The notes beneath the pieces were generated by a model. It had not been told where the DNA came from. It was given only the letters and a program-made list of their open reading frames with translations, and ran no database searches. The position numbers and the translations under genes were made by a program. This document shows positions 9,165-18,816 of a stretch of 44,535 bases of DNA, piece by piece (the stretch's first letter is position 1; the number at the start of each line of letters is the position of its first letter). Origin of the DNA: an uncultured Clostridia bacterium. Its GTDB lineage: Bacteria; Bacillota; Clostridia; Oscillospirales; Ruminococcaceae. Location: the NCBI GenBank assembly GCA_948465665.1, contig CAOJXI010000001.1, positions 1 through 44,535 of the forward strand, given 5' to 3'.

Positions 9165-9207
9165 AAAGCGGTAAAAGGAATTCCAGGGGAATTTCCTCTA
9201 CCGCTTT
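9165..9207 (-). terminator. Intrinsic terminator of the XRE gene
   Basis: Hairpin AAAGCGGTA...TACCGCTTT with further inner pairing, followed by TTTT on the minus strand, 40 nt after the stop at 9247. Confidence 0.65.
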
Positions 9208-9246
9208 CATCATTTATAAAACAAATCAGAATGGGTAAACACTATC

Positions 9247-9576
9247 TCATGGTTCTTTACAAGCCTTTGCATACAAAGTAAGAATTTTTACGGCGTCTCC
9301 GCGTTGTTCGGAAGAAAGTCTGTGTAAAATATCAGCAATAGGATTTCCAGGCGAACACAGCAAATCCCCAAACAGAAGATAATCTACACTAATCGTCAAT
9401 GCCTGGCTTAATTTGATAAGAGTATCAAGGGAGACACTTTTTTCGCCCCGTTCTATCATTTGATAGTACCGCAGCGAAACATCAATCTGCTCTGATACAT
9501 ATTCCTGTGCAAAGCCAAGCTTATTTCGTTTGCTCCGCAGACGCTCACCAAATAAAAGCCGATCATTATGATTCAA
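9247..9576 (-). CDS. XRE family helix-turn-helix transcriptional regulator
   Basis: LRSKRNKLGFAQEYVSEQIDVSLRYYQMIERGEKSVSLDTLIKLSQAL is a classic HTH_3 motif. There is no ATG. I favour the TTG at 9576, 7 nt after AAGGAGG; the ORF could extend to the TTG at 9609. Confidence 0.75.
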   Translation of the reverse strand: MNHNDRLLFGERLRSKRNKLGFAQEYVSEQIDVSLRYYQMIERGEKSVSLDTLIKLSQALTISVDYLLFGDLLCSPGNPIADILHRLSSEQRGDAVKILTLYAKACKEP

Positions 9577-9640
9577 AGGCAATCCCTCCTTATAGTTCGC
9601 ATTGTACAATTCTTAATTGGTATTTTTTACGAATTATAAA

Positions 9641-9669
9641 TTGCTTATACGAACTTATAGATGTATAAT
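9641..9669 (+). promoter_or_regulatory. Promoter candidate reading toward 9992 (+), divergent from the XRE gene
   Basis: TTGCTT-N17-TATAAT. It is flanked by direct repeats TACGAATTATAAAT / TACGAACTTATAGAT that could be XRE operators. Confidence 0.45.
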
Positions 9670-9702
9670 AAGATTGAAAATATATCAGAAATATCGACAT
9701 TT

Positions 9703-9976
9703 AGAACCTGTATTCATAACCAAAGATGCTGGATGGGCAGGGATTTTTCCCGCCAGACAAGAGGATTTTCCGCAGTAATCCTTGATGGATTGTAAGAGCC
9801 TGTTTAGGATCTCAACGTGTGCGGATTAGCGAGCGGATTTTTAACGCAGTCTGGGCGGAAAATCTGCCGCTAAGACGTGCGCGGGGAGATTCTAAACAGG
9901 CTCTAAGGGAAAACGACGCGGTACGGCGGGAAAAAGACCGTTCAGACCGTGCAGGGCGGTTGTGAATACAGGTTCT
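9703..9976. mobile_element. MITE-like palindromic element M1 (long copy carrying nested inserts)
   Basis: Terminal inverted repeats AGAACCTGTATTCATAACC / GGTTGTGAATACAGGTTCT. A second copy at 25934-26096 is collinear except for a 100-bp insert. Confidence 0.75.
9805..9904. mobile_element. Nested palindromic element M2 (100-bp form) inside M1
   Basis: AGAGCCTGTTTAGGATCTCAACGTGTGCGG...GGGGAGATTCTAAACAGGCTCT. It is absent from the M1 copy at 25934-26096. A 50-bp form lies at 43123-43172. The extra ~48 bp (9835-9882) is itself an inverted repeat (GCGGATTTT...AAAATCTGCCGC). Confidence 0.7.
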
Positions 9977-9991
9977 TAAGGGGGGTTAAAA

Positions 9992-10483
9992 ATGGATCGA
10001 CTAAAATCTTCTAAGGAATCCTTTTCTCCACTTGTTTGTAGTATTTTTTCATTAGGCAAAGCTACTTGTGAATCTATTTCTGCATTTGAACAGACTATTA
10101 CATCTTTAGTGGAGGACTGCCTTGTACAAAATTTTTTTATTACATTAGAAAGTTGTTATCCTGAATACTGTGAAAAGCTGAAAAAACTTCAGTCTACATA
10201 TGATAAAAACATTAAAATTACAGTCATTACCCATTATCCAGAAAATATAGATCAAACTAACTCAAATTTTTTTGATGCTTTCCTTTTTGGTGATAATATT
10301 GAGAATATAGATACAAAAGCAAAAAATTTTAGGACACAAAATTTAAGGGTAATAAAGGCGTTAATTGACCGGTCTGACTTTTGTATTTGCAATTTAGATG
10401 TAACAATTTTTTCTGATAAAATTAGAAAATATGTGGGCCAGAAACCAAAGGTAACACTGCTGGATTTAAGCGTGTCACTATAA
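9992..10483 (+). CDS. Hypothetical protein, possibly a degenerate SLOG/DUF1273 (YoqJ-like) homolog
   Basis: 163-aa ORF in AT-rich DNA with GGGGGG RBS. The C-terminal RVIKALIDRSDFCICNLD resembles the ...RNRYMVDxSDxLIAVYD motif of DUF1273, but the N-terminal glycine motifs are not evident. Confidence 0.35.
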   Translation: MDRLKSSKESFSPLVCSIFSLGKATCESISAFEQTITSLVEDCLVQNFFITLESCYPEYCEKLKKLQSTYDKNIKITVITHYPENIDQTNSNFFDAFLFGDNIENIDTKAKNFRTQNLRVIKALIDRSDFCICNLDVTIFSDKIRKYVGQKPKVTLLDLSVSL

Positions 10484-10670
10484 AAAAGCAGGCAGTTACA
10501 CAAACAGAACCAAAATACCAGGGAACCTCTGCCGGGGCATCCCAGAGGGATTGGAGTATTTTTATTACATCAGTCAAAGGGGTTTTATGAGGATTCCTTT
10601 GACCGTCTTTTTCTTACAGCTTTGGGAGAAAACAGAGAATTTATAAAGAAAAAAATGCTGTACCTATAAA

Positions 10671-10712
10671 TGCAGCCAGGAGGAACTTTTAAGCAAAGTT
10701 CTCCTGGCTGCA
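10671..10712. terminator. Long perfect hairpin, terminator downstream of the giant surface-protein gene
   Basis: TGCAGCCAGGAGGAACTTT-loop-AAAGTTCTCCTGGCTGCA (19-bp stem), 33 nt after the stop at 10745. T-tracts lie on both sides. Confidence 0.6.
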
Positions 10713-10744
10713 TTTTACAAATCCCTTTCGGCTGTTTCAAGAGG

Positions 10745-13700
10745 TTATTTCCTGCGCAGGAACATTTTAAGCGCAAACACTACACCAAGGCAAACGGCCA
10801 ATACTCCAGCCAACACAAGGGGAACAAAAGATTTTTTCTCCTGTATTTCGACATCGCCGCTTGCAGCCGGGAGAGAATCCTGATTCTGGACAGGATTTTC
10901 TATAGTGGAGCTAACCGTTTCAGGGGAGGGAACGCCCTCCTCTTTGGCAGTCATATTTTTATCAGTCAGCGTTATATTTGCCTCATCCGGGGCAGAAACA
11001 GTCCAAATATTCCCGGAAGCCAGATCAGAAAGCCCAATCTGCGAGATTTCAGAATCCATCCCCTGGCCCCGAGAGAATTTTTCTTCCAATAGGGAAAGAG
11101 GGAAAAACGCCCTGTCCGGTTCAGGGGAAAGGGAATCCCCGGCAGCAATGAAAATAGGTTCCCCGCCATTCCACTGGATTAAAATGGAAGCCTGCTGGTT
11201 TTCTTCCAAAACATCCATAAAGGAAACAGGCATCCTGTCATAACCTTTTGCATTAATCCGAACCAAATCGCCTTCGGAGGAACTCTGGACGACAGCGGCA
11301 GCAGAATCCCAGAAATCCGCCTGGGCAGAGGGCAAATCCAGATCGTCAGCCTTTTGGGGTGCGGAATCAATGAAAGCTGTCTGTCCATTGCCCCCTCCAA
11401 CCAAGACATGGATTTTTGATAGGGAATCAAGTTTTAAAAGGATGTTCTGCCCATCTTTCTGGAAGGGGATGGGAACCCAGTCAGATGCTTTTTCCCCTTT
11501 TGCTTGATGGATTTCCCCAACAATATCAGCTGAGATATTATCAGGCAAGGTAAACTGAAGGAAAAAGGCCCCGATTGATTCCTGCTCCAGCGGTTCCTTA
11601 TTTTTAACCAAGCTCGGCTTTAACTCCATAGCGGAACCAGCGGTAGGCTGGAGCGGGGTAAGGGTAAGGGTGACAGAGTCGTTTATTTCAGCACTGGCAG
11701 CAGTCCCAATCCCCCAGGCAGAGGCTGAGGTTGGGGCGGGAAGGCCGGGCACAGATTCTATGGAAGTTTCCAGGGTAATATTAAGCCCGTTCTGCTGGAA
11801 CTGATCCAGGAGCTTAGCCTGTTCCAAAGTCAGGGAGCCTTTCTCACTGCCCTGAACCTTGGAAACCCCCTGGATAATGGCTTGTAAGAATTCCCGATCT
11901 TCATCTTCTAAGGTTTGGCTACTGTCACCCAGCAGTTGGCCAATATCCCCGGCAATTTCCATAATATCGGACATAGAATTTTTAGATGGGGAACCGCTGT
12001 TAATTTCGAGCAGCAAACAGGATACCGGGACAGAGGTACCTTCATACCGCAGCTCCAATAAGCCAACGCCATCCCCCATAGGAGTAGCATAAGCATCTTC
12101 AACACGGACAAGGCTGTTCCGGGAGAACCAGTAGAAATTATCAGCGGTGGGCGTTTGCCCAGGGAGGGACGCACCAAGCACCGAAACAGATATCCGAGGC
12201 AGGCGCTGCGGTTCCCCAAGGGTGTCCAGCTTGAGAAGCTGAACTTCGCCGCCATCCACATTGGCTGAGACAGTGGTGACAGGAACGCGGATTTCTTCTG
12301 TCACATCAGAATAATTCGGATCGGAAGATGTGTAATGGAAGGAAAAAGTCTGGTATGCAGATTGGTTGCTCCCCTGTAGCTTTTCAGAAGGGTCTCCTGT
12401 AAAGCTCCATCCTTTGGGAAGTTTTACATCCTCCATTGCCGGGGTACGGTTTGTAATAATATGGAGGTTGTCCATCAGGGCGCGGGTAGACTGGTACGAG
12501 GGGTTGGAAGAACCTTCCCCAGCGGTAATTTCGCCTACTGCTTGGAACGTATCATCCAAAGTATAATTAGAGGTCAGCCGCGACAAATTCAGGACAAGGC
12601 TTCCTTTGGCGCTTTTAGAAGAACCTGTTTGAGCATTGTCAAAGGATACAGAGGAAACATCAAAATCCCTGCCGAAAACAAGTTCTTCATCATTTTTAAG
12701 CCCATCCAAAGTAATAGAGGAAACCGACCCGCTTGTCAAACCGTCATAGGGCTTGGAGGGAAGATCTGCAGAAGCTACTGTCAAAGGTGCAGGCTTTATA
12801 TACAAGGGAGCAGAAACTGAACCCGCCTGTTCCGAATCCTGGTAAACAGCCCTGACCATATAAACACCTGCTTTTTCAGGTGAATCGGAAGCGTTTTCTA
12901 TAACAGAGCCATCCAGCGCAGTACCGCTGTAAGTATAGGAAAAAGCGGTGAGATTCAGGGAAATTCCCGGTTCAGCCTTGACAACAGGCTCCTCTGGAGC
13001 GTCCCCGTATACCCGGCTTTGGGAGGGAAGGGTTAAAAACGGGCTGATATCTTTCTGTCCCACTACGGAAACAGTCAGTGAAACTTTATTGCTGCCAGAA
13101 GCCCATTCCGGCAGTTCCACCTCCCCGGTAAATGTAACATCTCCCTCATAAGTGCCAAAATTATCCGGGAGGGCAGTGCGTTCCCATTGAATTTCAAGTT
13201 CTTCCTCATTTCCCGAAGAATAAACTGCCTTAGCGGTTTCAGGAAGGGAAATACCCGCTAAAGAATATCCTTCTGCTTCAACAGGAAGCAGGATATCCCC
13301 GCCAGCGCTGACAGCGGCAGCGGCAGGATGCACAACAACCCGAACCGTACAGGATACTTCATCATCATCCAGAGAGGTTTTTGCAGAAAACAGGAATTCG
13401 CCGCCCTGCGGCTCCCAATCGTCAGAATCTTCTGAAAGGGTGTATTGGACTGAAATTTCCTCCCAGGAACCATTATTATAGGAAGCGCGGACAGGGGCGT
13501 TTTGTTCCAGGTAATCCTGAATTGTATTTACGCTTTCATTCGCATCATCGTCTGCGGAAAGGGAAACAGAGTCAACAATAGGGGCTAGGGAAACCAGTTC
13601 CCTTTCCTGGAAATCTACAATCCCCTCTATTTCACGGTCACTTTCGGAAACAGTATAACGCCAAATCCAGGTATCCCCTTCACGGAAAGCAGCAGAGGCT

Positions 13701-16700
13701 TCCCCGCTGACCCCTGAAACAGAAAGGACAGGCATGTATTCACCGCTTGCTGACGCCCTCCATTCCAGAGTATCCCCAGGTTCGGCGGCAGAAAGGGGAG
13801 AACCGTTGACAAGTACCATGACAGTTCCATCCCTTTCCCCTGGGCCATCCCCCTGGGCTGTAACAGATGTAAGCGTCCTTACCCTCGCCTGGCTTGTTTC
13901 TGAACAGAAGCGTCCCTCATCGGCTGCAATGCGGGCATAAAGGACATATTCAGTTCCCGCATCCAGATTTCGGAAACTGCCTGATTCCCTCCAGCGCACC
14001 TCATCCCAATCAATGTCCTCTGTATCCTCGGCAGCGGATAAAAAGAATTCCTGGTCGTCCTCGTAGACAGCCATAATATTGTACAAACCTGCTGCTGTTT
14101 TAATAGAGGGCGGGTCTGGACGCGCCGGGATGGAAAAGGGTTCCCCATCGCTGGCAGGAGTGTCCCGGTCGCCTTTGGCGCGCATATACAAAACACCATC
14201 TGAACTTCCCGCTGCAGGAATGTATTCAGAAATGGAATCGCCATCCTCAATAATCGTTTTAAAGGCATCATCTGGGCTGACTTCATATCTTTGACCGTCA
14301 TATGTAATGGTTTCATCCTCAAAGCTGATAGCTGCTTCATCCCCCTCCGGCAGAGAAAACAAGGTGGAGAATGTACTTGGCTGGCTTTCCCCCGATGAAA
14401 AGTTTTGCTCTGTTGCAGAGACGCAGGTTTCAAAGGTATAGGAAGAAGAAGGCTCCAAGCCCTTAAAGACAGGGCTTCTCTGCCAGTTCCCGCCATTGCA
14501 GCGGTAAAGGATGTTTTCACCAGCCTCATCCAAAGTGATGGAATCCTTGCCCTTGTCCTTCAGGGCAGGGGCAGGAGGCGAATCGGGCCTTGCCGGAATG
14601 TGGAGGCCGCCTGCGGTACTGGCAAACCGGTCTTCCCCTGCGGCAACCCGATAGGACAGCGTAACCTGTTCCCCATTCTCCGGTATGCGGCCGGAAATGG
14701 ATACAGGGCCATCAGCTTCCTGGTAGTTCTCCCCATCAAAGGAATACAGAACCCCCTCCTCCAATGTAACTGTTTCCGCATAATAATCTATTTCCGCAGC
14801 CCCGGAATTATCCGGCCTTGGCGGGATGGAAACCTCAATGGGATCGCTGGCAGGCGTATCGCCGTCGGCTTTGGCGCGAAGGTACAGAGTGCGGGAGGAT
14901 TCTCCAGCTTCCGGGATATACGCGCTGATGGATCCACTGGAAATATCCCCGTCCTCTGAAAAGTCAGGGCTGGCATTTAACTCATATTGGGAAGAAAACT
15001 GAATGGTTTCCTGCTGGTAGTCTATTTCGGTCAGCACCCCTTCGGGCAGGGGCGGCTTTGTCACAAAGGTCAGCCGGGCAGGATTTGAAAGGTTTCCTGC
15101 CTTATCCTTAACCACTAAGGAAACAGTGTATTCCTCGCTGGAATCCAAATCCATAAGCGGGAAGCTGGCGGTTTCATCAATTTTGCCCAGGGAAATCCCC
15201 TCAGCAACTTCTTCTGCATCCGGCCCGTCTTCAGAGGTATCCCCGGTTTCCAGCAAATAATAAAGTTCCCCAGCCTCCCCGCTTTCAAGGGAAATAACAG
15301 CGGCATTTTCGGTAATATCCGCAACTGTTTCCCGACGGACAGAGGGTGCAGTCCGGTCAATCTGTATATGGAGGGGGTCAGAACTTGTCTCGCTGCGGCT
15401 GCCGCACAAGGAAACAGCGCGGAACCAGAAATAAGCGTCCATTTCCCGGTAAACATTAAAATCACTTTGGACGGTATCCCATTCCACATCTTTGGAGGGT
15501 TTTTCTGCTGTCTCAGTGACGCAATATTCATAACTTCCCAGCTGTTCCTCCGGGAGCCCGCCGGAAAGCTTAACAGCTACCTGTTCCCGGCTCCAGCCAT
15601 TAGCGGCGCTTATTGCCTTAACAGGAGTAAAAGCCGGGCTGTAAAGATATACCTGTATGGATTGTTCCTCGCTTTCAGCCCCAGCCCCGCTAACTGCCTT
15701 AAAGGTATAGGAAACCTGCTGGGTGGCACTGGCAGGATGGATCATTAACTGCCTGCCTGTCAGGGGAGTCCATTGCGTTCCATCGTCAATACTATAAAAA
15801 TAGGTAATATCAGAGGGAATTTCCCCTTCATCCTCTGGGGTAATGGTAAAGGTAACAGGCTGTTCCGAAGGTTCCCCTTCCTCATAAGGCTCCCCATCCA
15901 TAACAGCAGATACGGTAAACTCTGGTTTAAGGCTATCCAGTTTTACCGTATAGGGATCGCTTTCGCCCTCGCTGCCCACATTGGTTACAATCCGCACTAA
16001 GATAGAGTCCGTATAGTCCCCATCCTCATCAATCGTAAAACGGTTTTCACTGTCAGATTCCCATTCAATAGGATCGCTCCAGTGCTTTCCACCGTCAACA
16101 GAATAAGAAAATTCCTTCACGCCGCTTTCCGGCATGGGGGAGGGGGCTTTCACTGTAAGGATAACTTCCTCTGACGCCCAGCCTGACGGCACACCCTCCA
16201 GGGAAGGCTTTCCCGCTCCGGCTTTGTCAATTTTCACATCATATTCCTGGGAAGGGAGGCTTTCCAATCCGCTTTCCGATATTGCCTTGAATTCCACCTT
16301 CCGGGTACTGGATGCAGTATAAACATCCCCCTCAATAGGCACCCATTCCCCTTCGTTTATCCGAACATAATAAGTTACAGGGGAGGCAGGGGAATTTTCA
16401 CAGGAAAGGGTAAAGGTGACATCTTCATCTGTCCATTCCTCTTTATAATCTGTTTTAACCCGGCTAAGCTCTGGGTTCTGGGTATCCAGCTTATAAGAAA
16501 ATGCTGGTGCCTCTGTGGATACTCCATCCCTATCTGTGCCAGTAGCCATTAAAATAGAAAGTTCCTTTTCCCCGTCTTCTGTAATCGTTACAGAGTCGTC
16601 CCATGACCTTCCGCCATTGGCGCTGATAAACTGGAACCGTCCAGCGGAATCATTGGGCGTAAGCGTAATTTCATCGGTATACCAGCCGTTCTCCCCTTCC

Positions 16701-18508
16701 TGTCCTTCAACGTCATAGGGAAGCCCTTCAAAAACCTTTTCTTCAATAATAAGTTCGCCAGGTTCATAAATAATGGTGTAATTCTCTGTTTCCAGGCCCT
16801 CCGGCGTAATTTTCCCTGTCGCAGCTTCCCGGCTGTTATCAGGGCTGCATGAGGTAGAAAGTTCATCAAAATCAATTTCAGATTTATCCTCGCCGGGAAC
16901 CAGCCCAAGGATAGAAATATCATCCTCAGACAATTCCGGCATAGGATCCCCCATTGTAATGGTGATAGGTTCATTAACGGAAATTGTCAGTTTGGCAGGG
17001 GAAATTTCAATTGCTTTTTCCAACGGCACATCCTCCAAAGAAGATATCCCGTCCAAAGTATAATTTCCAGCGTCTTTGCCGGACAGTGAGAGGTTTTCCA
17101 AGTCAACAGAGGTATAACGCCCGACGTTTCCCGATCTTCCGCCGGAAAGGGAGCCGAGAGCTGCCTCCCCCATAATAATAACGCTGTCATCCGGCGCAGT
17201 TTCCGGCTTGCCCTCAAAGGAAATCGTATACCGCATCAAACGGCGGGAGCCATCATAAACACGGCCATAGGCGGACACTTCAGAAACGGCCAGGGGGGCA
17301 GGGCGGACTCCCACCTGTACCTGAAACTCCATTGTACCGCCGGACTTGTTATCCTCTGGAACAAAGACCATCGGATAGACCCCGGACGGGCCTGCCTTGG
17401 GCACCAGGTCAGGTTCTTTCCATTGGAATTCCCCCTTTACAGAGGCTCCAAGGCTGTCCACTACAATACCAGGCGTGATTTCCGAATTCTCTAATGTCTG
17501 CCCATAAGTAAGGTTTGCAGCAGAGGGCATTGTCTGGATTGAAAATGCACCGCCTTTGATTTCCAGTTCTGCGGCAGTTTCAGCGGCAAGGGTTCGTTCT
17601 CCAGCAGGTGTATATTCTGCCCGGAGGATATGTTTTCCCGGAAGGAGTTCCTGAACCTTTACTGAAAACGGGTATGAGCCTTCAGATGTCACCGTTTTTC
17701 GCTCTATTTCCTGGTTATCCAAATATAAAACCATTGTCCCTGCAAGGGAAGGGCGGGAACCGCCGGAAATTTCGACGGCAGCTGTTAAGCTGGAAACGCC
17801 TTTCATTGCCTCATATGTACCCTTTTCAAACCGGAAGGAAAGGGGGGAAACGGCTGGTTCCGGCTGAACTGCCTGGCTGCTGCTTTGGGAAGAGGGAACT
17901 TCAGAGGAAGCCGGCGCGCTTTGGGAAGAACTGCTGGAAGACATGGAAGGTTCCGAAGCAGTTTTTAAAGATGCAGTCTGCCGGGCATTTCCAACCAAAA
18001 CCGTAATTTGGGGGAGTTCCATTCCGCCAGGGACGGAATAGCGGTTGGGGATAACTGGTATAAAACGGTACTCCCCCTCTGCATCCCCGTTAAATTCCGA
18101 CGCGCTGCCAGCAGGATCCAAATCCCATACAACAGCAATCATTACAGATTCCCTTTCGCCCTCGTCATTGCGGATATCTGCCCGCAGCGAAACAGGGAAA
18201 CGCAGGGAACTGATATCAGTCCCCACATCAGCCCTCTGAAGCCGGATGTCTTCGGAAAGGCTGTCAAAGGAGCGAATGACAAGCCCCTCCTGTACGGATT
18301 CCTCCGGCATATCATCGCCGGTACAATTCAGATAATTTTCACGGCATACAGGACAGCTCCCATCAATACTGTCATCTGTACAATGTTTTGTGCAAATACA
18401 TGTCTGCGCCTGTATGCTTGGCGTGTCAACTGCATTGACTGTCAGAACCAGGCCAGCAGTTGTAACTGCAAGCGCCAACAGGAACGAAAGTTTCCTAAAT
18501 TTATTCAT
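10745..18508 (-). CDS. Giant cell-surface protein (2587 aa) with signal peptide, Ig/FN3-like and MBG/YDG-type repeat modules, and a C-terminal membrane anchor
   Basis: N-terminal MNKFRKLSFLLALAVTTAGLVLTVNA signal, followed by the Cys-rich CICTKHC...CPVC motif. Recurrent modules are present: IPARPD/IPPRPD linkers, (S/E)YIP(E/A)AG...LY(L/M)RAK(A/G)D.DTPASD, and YDG...GNYTL units. C-terminal hydrophobic helix FVPLVLAGVLAVCLGVVFAL followed by KMFLRRK. Confidence 0.85.
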   Translation of the reverse strand: MNKFRKLSFLLALAVTTAGLVLTVNAVDTPSIQAQTCICTKHCTDDSIDGSCPVCRENYLNCTGDDMPEESVQEGLVIRSFDSLSEDIRLQRADVGTDISSLRFPVSLRADIRNDEGERESVMIAVVWDLDPAGSASEFNGDAEGEYRFIPVIPNRYSVPGGMELPQITVLVGNARQTASLKTASEPSMSSSSSSQSAPASSEVPSSQSSSQAVQPEPAVSPLSFRFEKGTYEAMKGVSSLTAAVEISGGSRPSLAGTMVLYLDNQEIERKTVTSEGSYPFSVKVQELLPGKHILRAEYTPAGERTLAAETAAELEIKGGAFSIQTMPSAANLTYGQTLENSEITPGIVVDSLGASVKGEFQWKEPDLVPKAGPSGVYPMVFVPEDNKSGGTMEFQVQVGVRPAPLAVSEVSAYGRVYDGSRRLMRYTISFEGKPETAPDDSVIIMGEAALGSLSGGRSGNVGRYTSVDLENLSLSGKDAGNYTLDGISSLEDVPLEKAIEISPAKLTISVNEPITITMGDPMPELSEDDISILGLVPGEDKSEIDFDELSTSCSPDNSREAATGKITPEGLETENYTIIYEPGELIIEEKVFEGLPYDVEGQEGENGWYTDEITLTPNDSAGRFQFISANGGRSWDDSVTITEDGEKELSILMATGTDRDGVSTEAPAFSYKLDTQNPELSRVKTDYKEEWTDEDVTFTLSCENSPASPVTYYVRINEGEWVPIEGDVYTASSTRKVEFKAISESGLESLPSQEYDVKIDKAGAGKPSLEGVPSGWASEEVILTVKAPSPMPESGVKEFSYSVDGGKHWSDPIEWESDSENRFTIDEDGDYTDSILVRIVTNVGSEGESDPYTVKLDSLKPEFTVSAVMDGEPYEEGEPSEQPVTFTITPEDEGEIPSDITYFYSIDDGTQWTPLTGRQLMIHPASATQQVSYTFKAVSGAGAESEEQSIQVYLYSPAFTPVKAISAANGWSREQVAVKLSGGLPEEQLGSYEYCVTETAEKPSKDVEWDTVQSDFNVYREMDAYFWFRAVSLCGSRSETSSDPLHIQIDRTAPSVRRETVADITENAAVISLESGEAGELYYLLETGDTSEDGPDAEEVAEGISLGKIDETASFPLMDLDSSEEYTVSLVVKDKAGNLSNPARLTFVTKPPLPEGVLTEIDYQQETIQFSSQYELNASPDFSEDGDISSGSISAYIPEAGESSRTLYLRAKADGDTPASDPIEVSIPPRPDNSGAAEIDYYAETVTLEEGVLYSFDGENYQEADGPVSISGRIPENGEQVTLSYRVAAGEDRFASTAGGLHIPARPDSPPAPALKDKGKDSITLDEAGENILYRCNGGNWQRSPVFKGLEPSSSYTFETCVSATEQNFSSGESQPSTFSTLFSLPEGDEAAISFEDETITYDGQRYEVSPDDAFKTIIEDGDSISEYIPAAGSSDGVLYMRAKGDRDTPASDGEPFSIPARPDPPSIKTAAGLYNIMAVYEDDQEFFLSAAEDTEDIDWDEVRWRESGSFRNLDAGTEYVLYARIAADEGRFCSETSQARVRTLTSVTAQGDGPGERDGTVMVLVNGSPLSAAEPGDTLEWRASASGEYMPVLSVSGVSGEASAAFREGDTWIWRYTVSESDREIEGIVDFQERELVSLAPIVDSVSLSADDDANESVNTIQDYLEQNAPVRASYNNGSWEEISVQYTLSEDSDDWEPQGGEFLFSAKTSLDDDEVSCTVRVVVHPAAAAVSAGGDILLPVEAEGYSLAGISLPETAKAVYSSGNEEELEIQWERTALPDNFGTYEGDVTFTGEVELPEWASGSNKVSLTVSVVGQKDISPFLTLPSQSRVYGDAPEEPVVKAEPGISLNLTAFSYTYSGTALDGSVIENASDSPEKAGVYMVRAVYQDSEQAGSVSAPLYIKPAPLTVASADLPSKPYDGLTSGSVSSITLDGLKNDEELVFGRDFDVSSVSFDNAQTGSSKSAKGSLVLNLSRLTSNYTLDDTFQAVGEITAGEGSSNPSYQSTRALMDNLHIITNRTPAMEDVKLPKGWSFTGDPSEKLQGSNQSAYQTFSFHYTSSDPNYSDVTEEIRVPVTTVSANVDGGEVQLLKLDTLGEPQRLPRISVSVLGASLPGQTPTADNFYWFSRNSLVRVEDAYATPMGDGVGLLELRYEGTSVPVSCLLLEINSGSPSKNSMSDIMEIAGDIGQLLGDSSQTLEDEDREFLQAIIQGVSKVQGSEKGSLTLEQAKLLDQFQQNGLNITLETSIESVPGLPAPTSASAWGIGTAASAEINDSVTLTLTPLQPTAGSAMELKPSLVKNKEPLEQESIGAFFLQFTLPDNISADIVGEIHQAKGEKASDWVPIPFQKDGQNILLKLDSLSKIHVLVGGGNGQTAFIDSAPQKADDLDLPSAQADFWDSAAAVVQSSSEGDLVRINAKGYDRMPVSFMDVLEENQQASILIQWNGGEPIFIAAGDSLSPEPDRAFFPLSLLEEKFSRGQGMDSEISQIGLSDLASGNIWTVSAPDEANITLTDKNMTAKEEGVPSPETVSSTIENPVQNQDSLPAASGDVEIQEKKSFVPLVLAGVLAVCLGVVFALKMFLRRK

Positions 18509-18760
18509 TTGTCTGTATCCCTTCTGTTATCCCAGCCCCTCAAAGGTCTGGAAGCGTTTGCCGCATTTTTTCACTATCTCCTAGTTTATACGTTTGAGGG
18601 ATTCTTTTCAAGAGGGAAATCCATTCCAAAAGGCTGTTTTCTGCTAATTTCAGCAAAGATTGGCGGGACAGTCCCAACTGCCAGTTCAGCCTTACTGGAT
18701 TAGCAACTGGAAAATGTAAAATCCCCCTAAATTCGACCAACTCTTCTACATATAGAAAAA

Positions 18761-18793
18761 CCATAAATCCCAGCGGTTATTCCACTGGGATTT
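18761..18793 (-). terminator. Intrinsic terminator after the sortase gene
   Basis: 13-bp stem CCATAAATCCCAG/CTGGGATTTATGG followed on the minus strand by TTTTTCT. It lies 24 nt after the stop at 18817. Confidence 0.65.
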
Positions 18794-18816
18794 ATGGCCT
18801 TTATTATAAATTATCC

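Noticed and set aside
10905-18703. Many 60-230 aa ORFs on both strands within the giant surface-protein gene (for example 13879-14529, 14405-14959, 18008-18703).
   Set aside because: They are embedded in or antisense to a continuous 7.8-kb ORF with clear protein-domain repeats. They have a low-complexity Arg/Pro/Gly-rich composition typical of off-frame translation.
18540-18764. 74-aa ORF in the sortase/giant-gene intergenic region.
   Set aside because: It has no RBS and spans the terminator hairpin and the probable promoter region of the giant gene.
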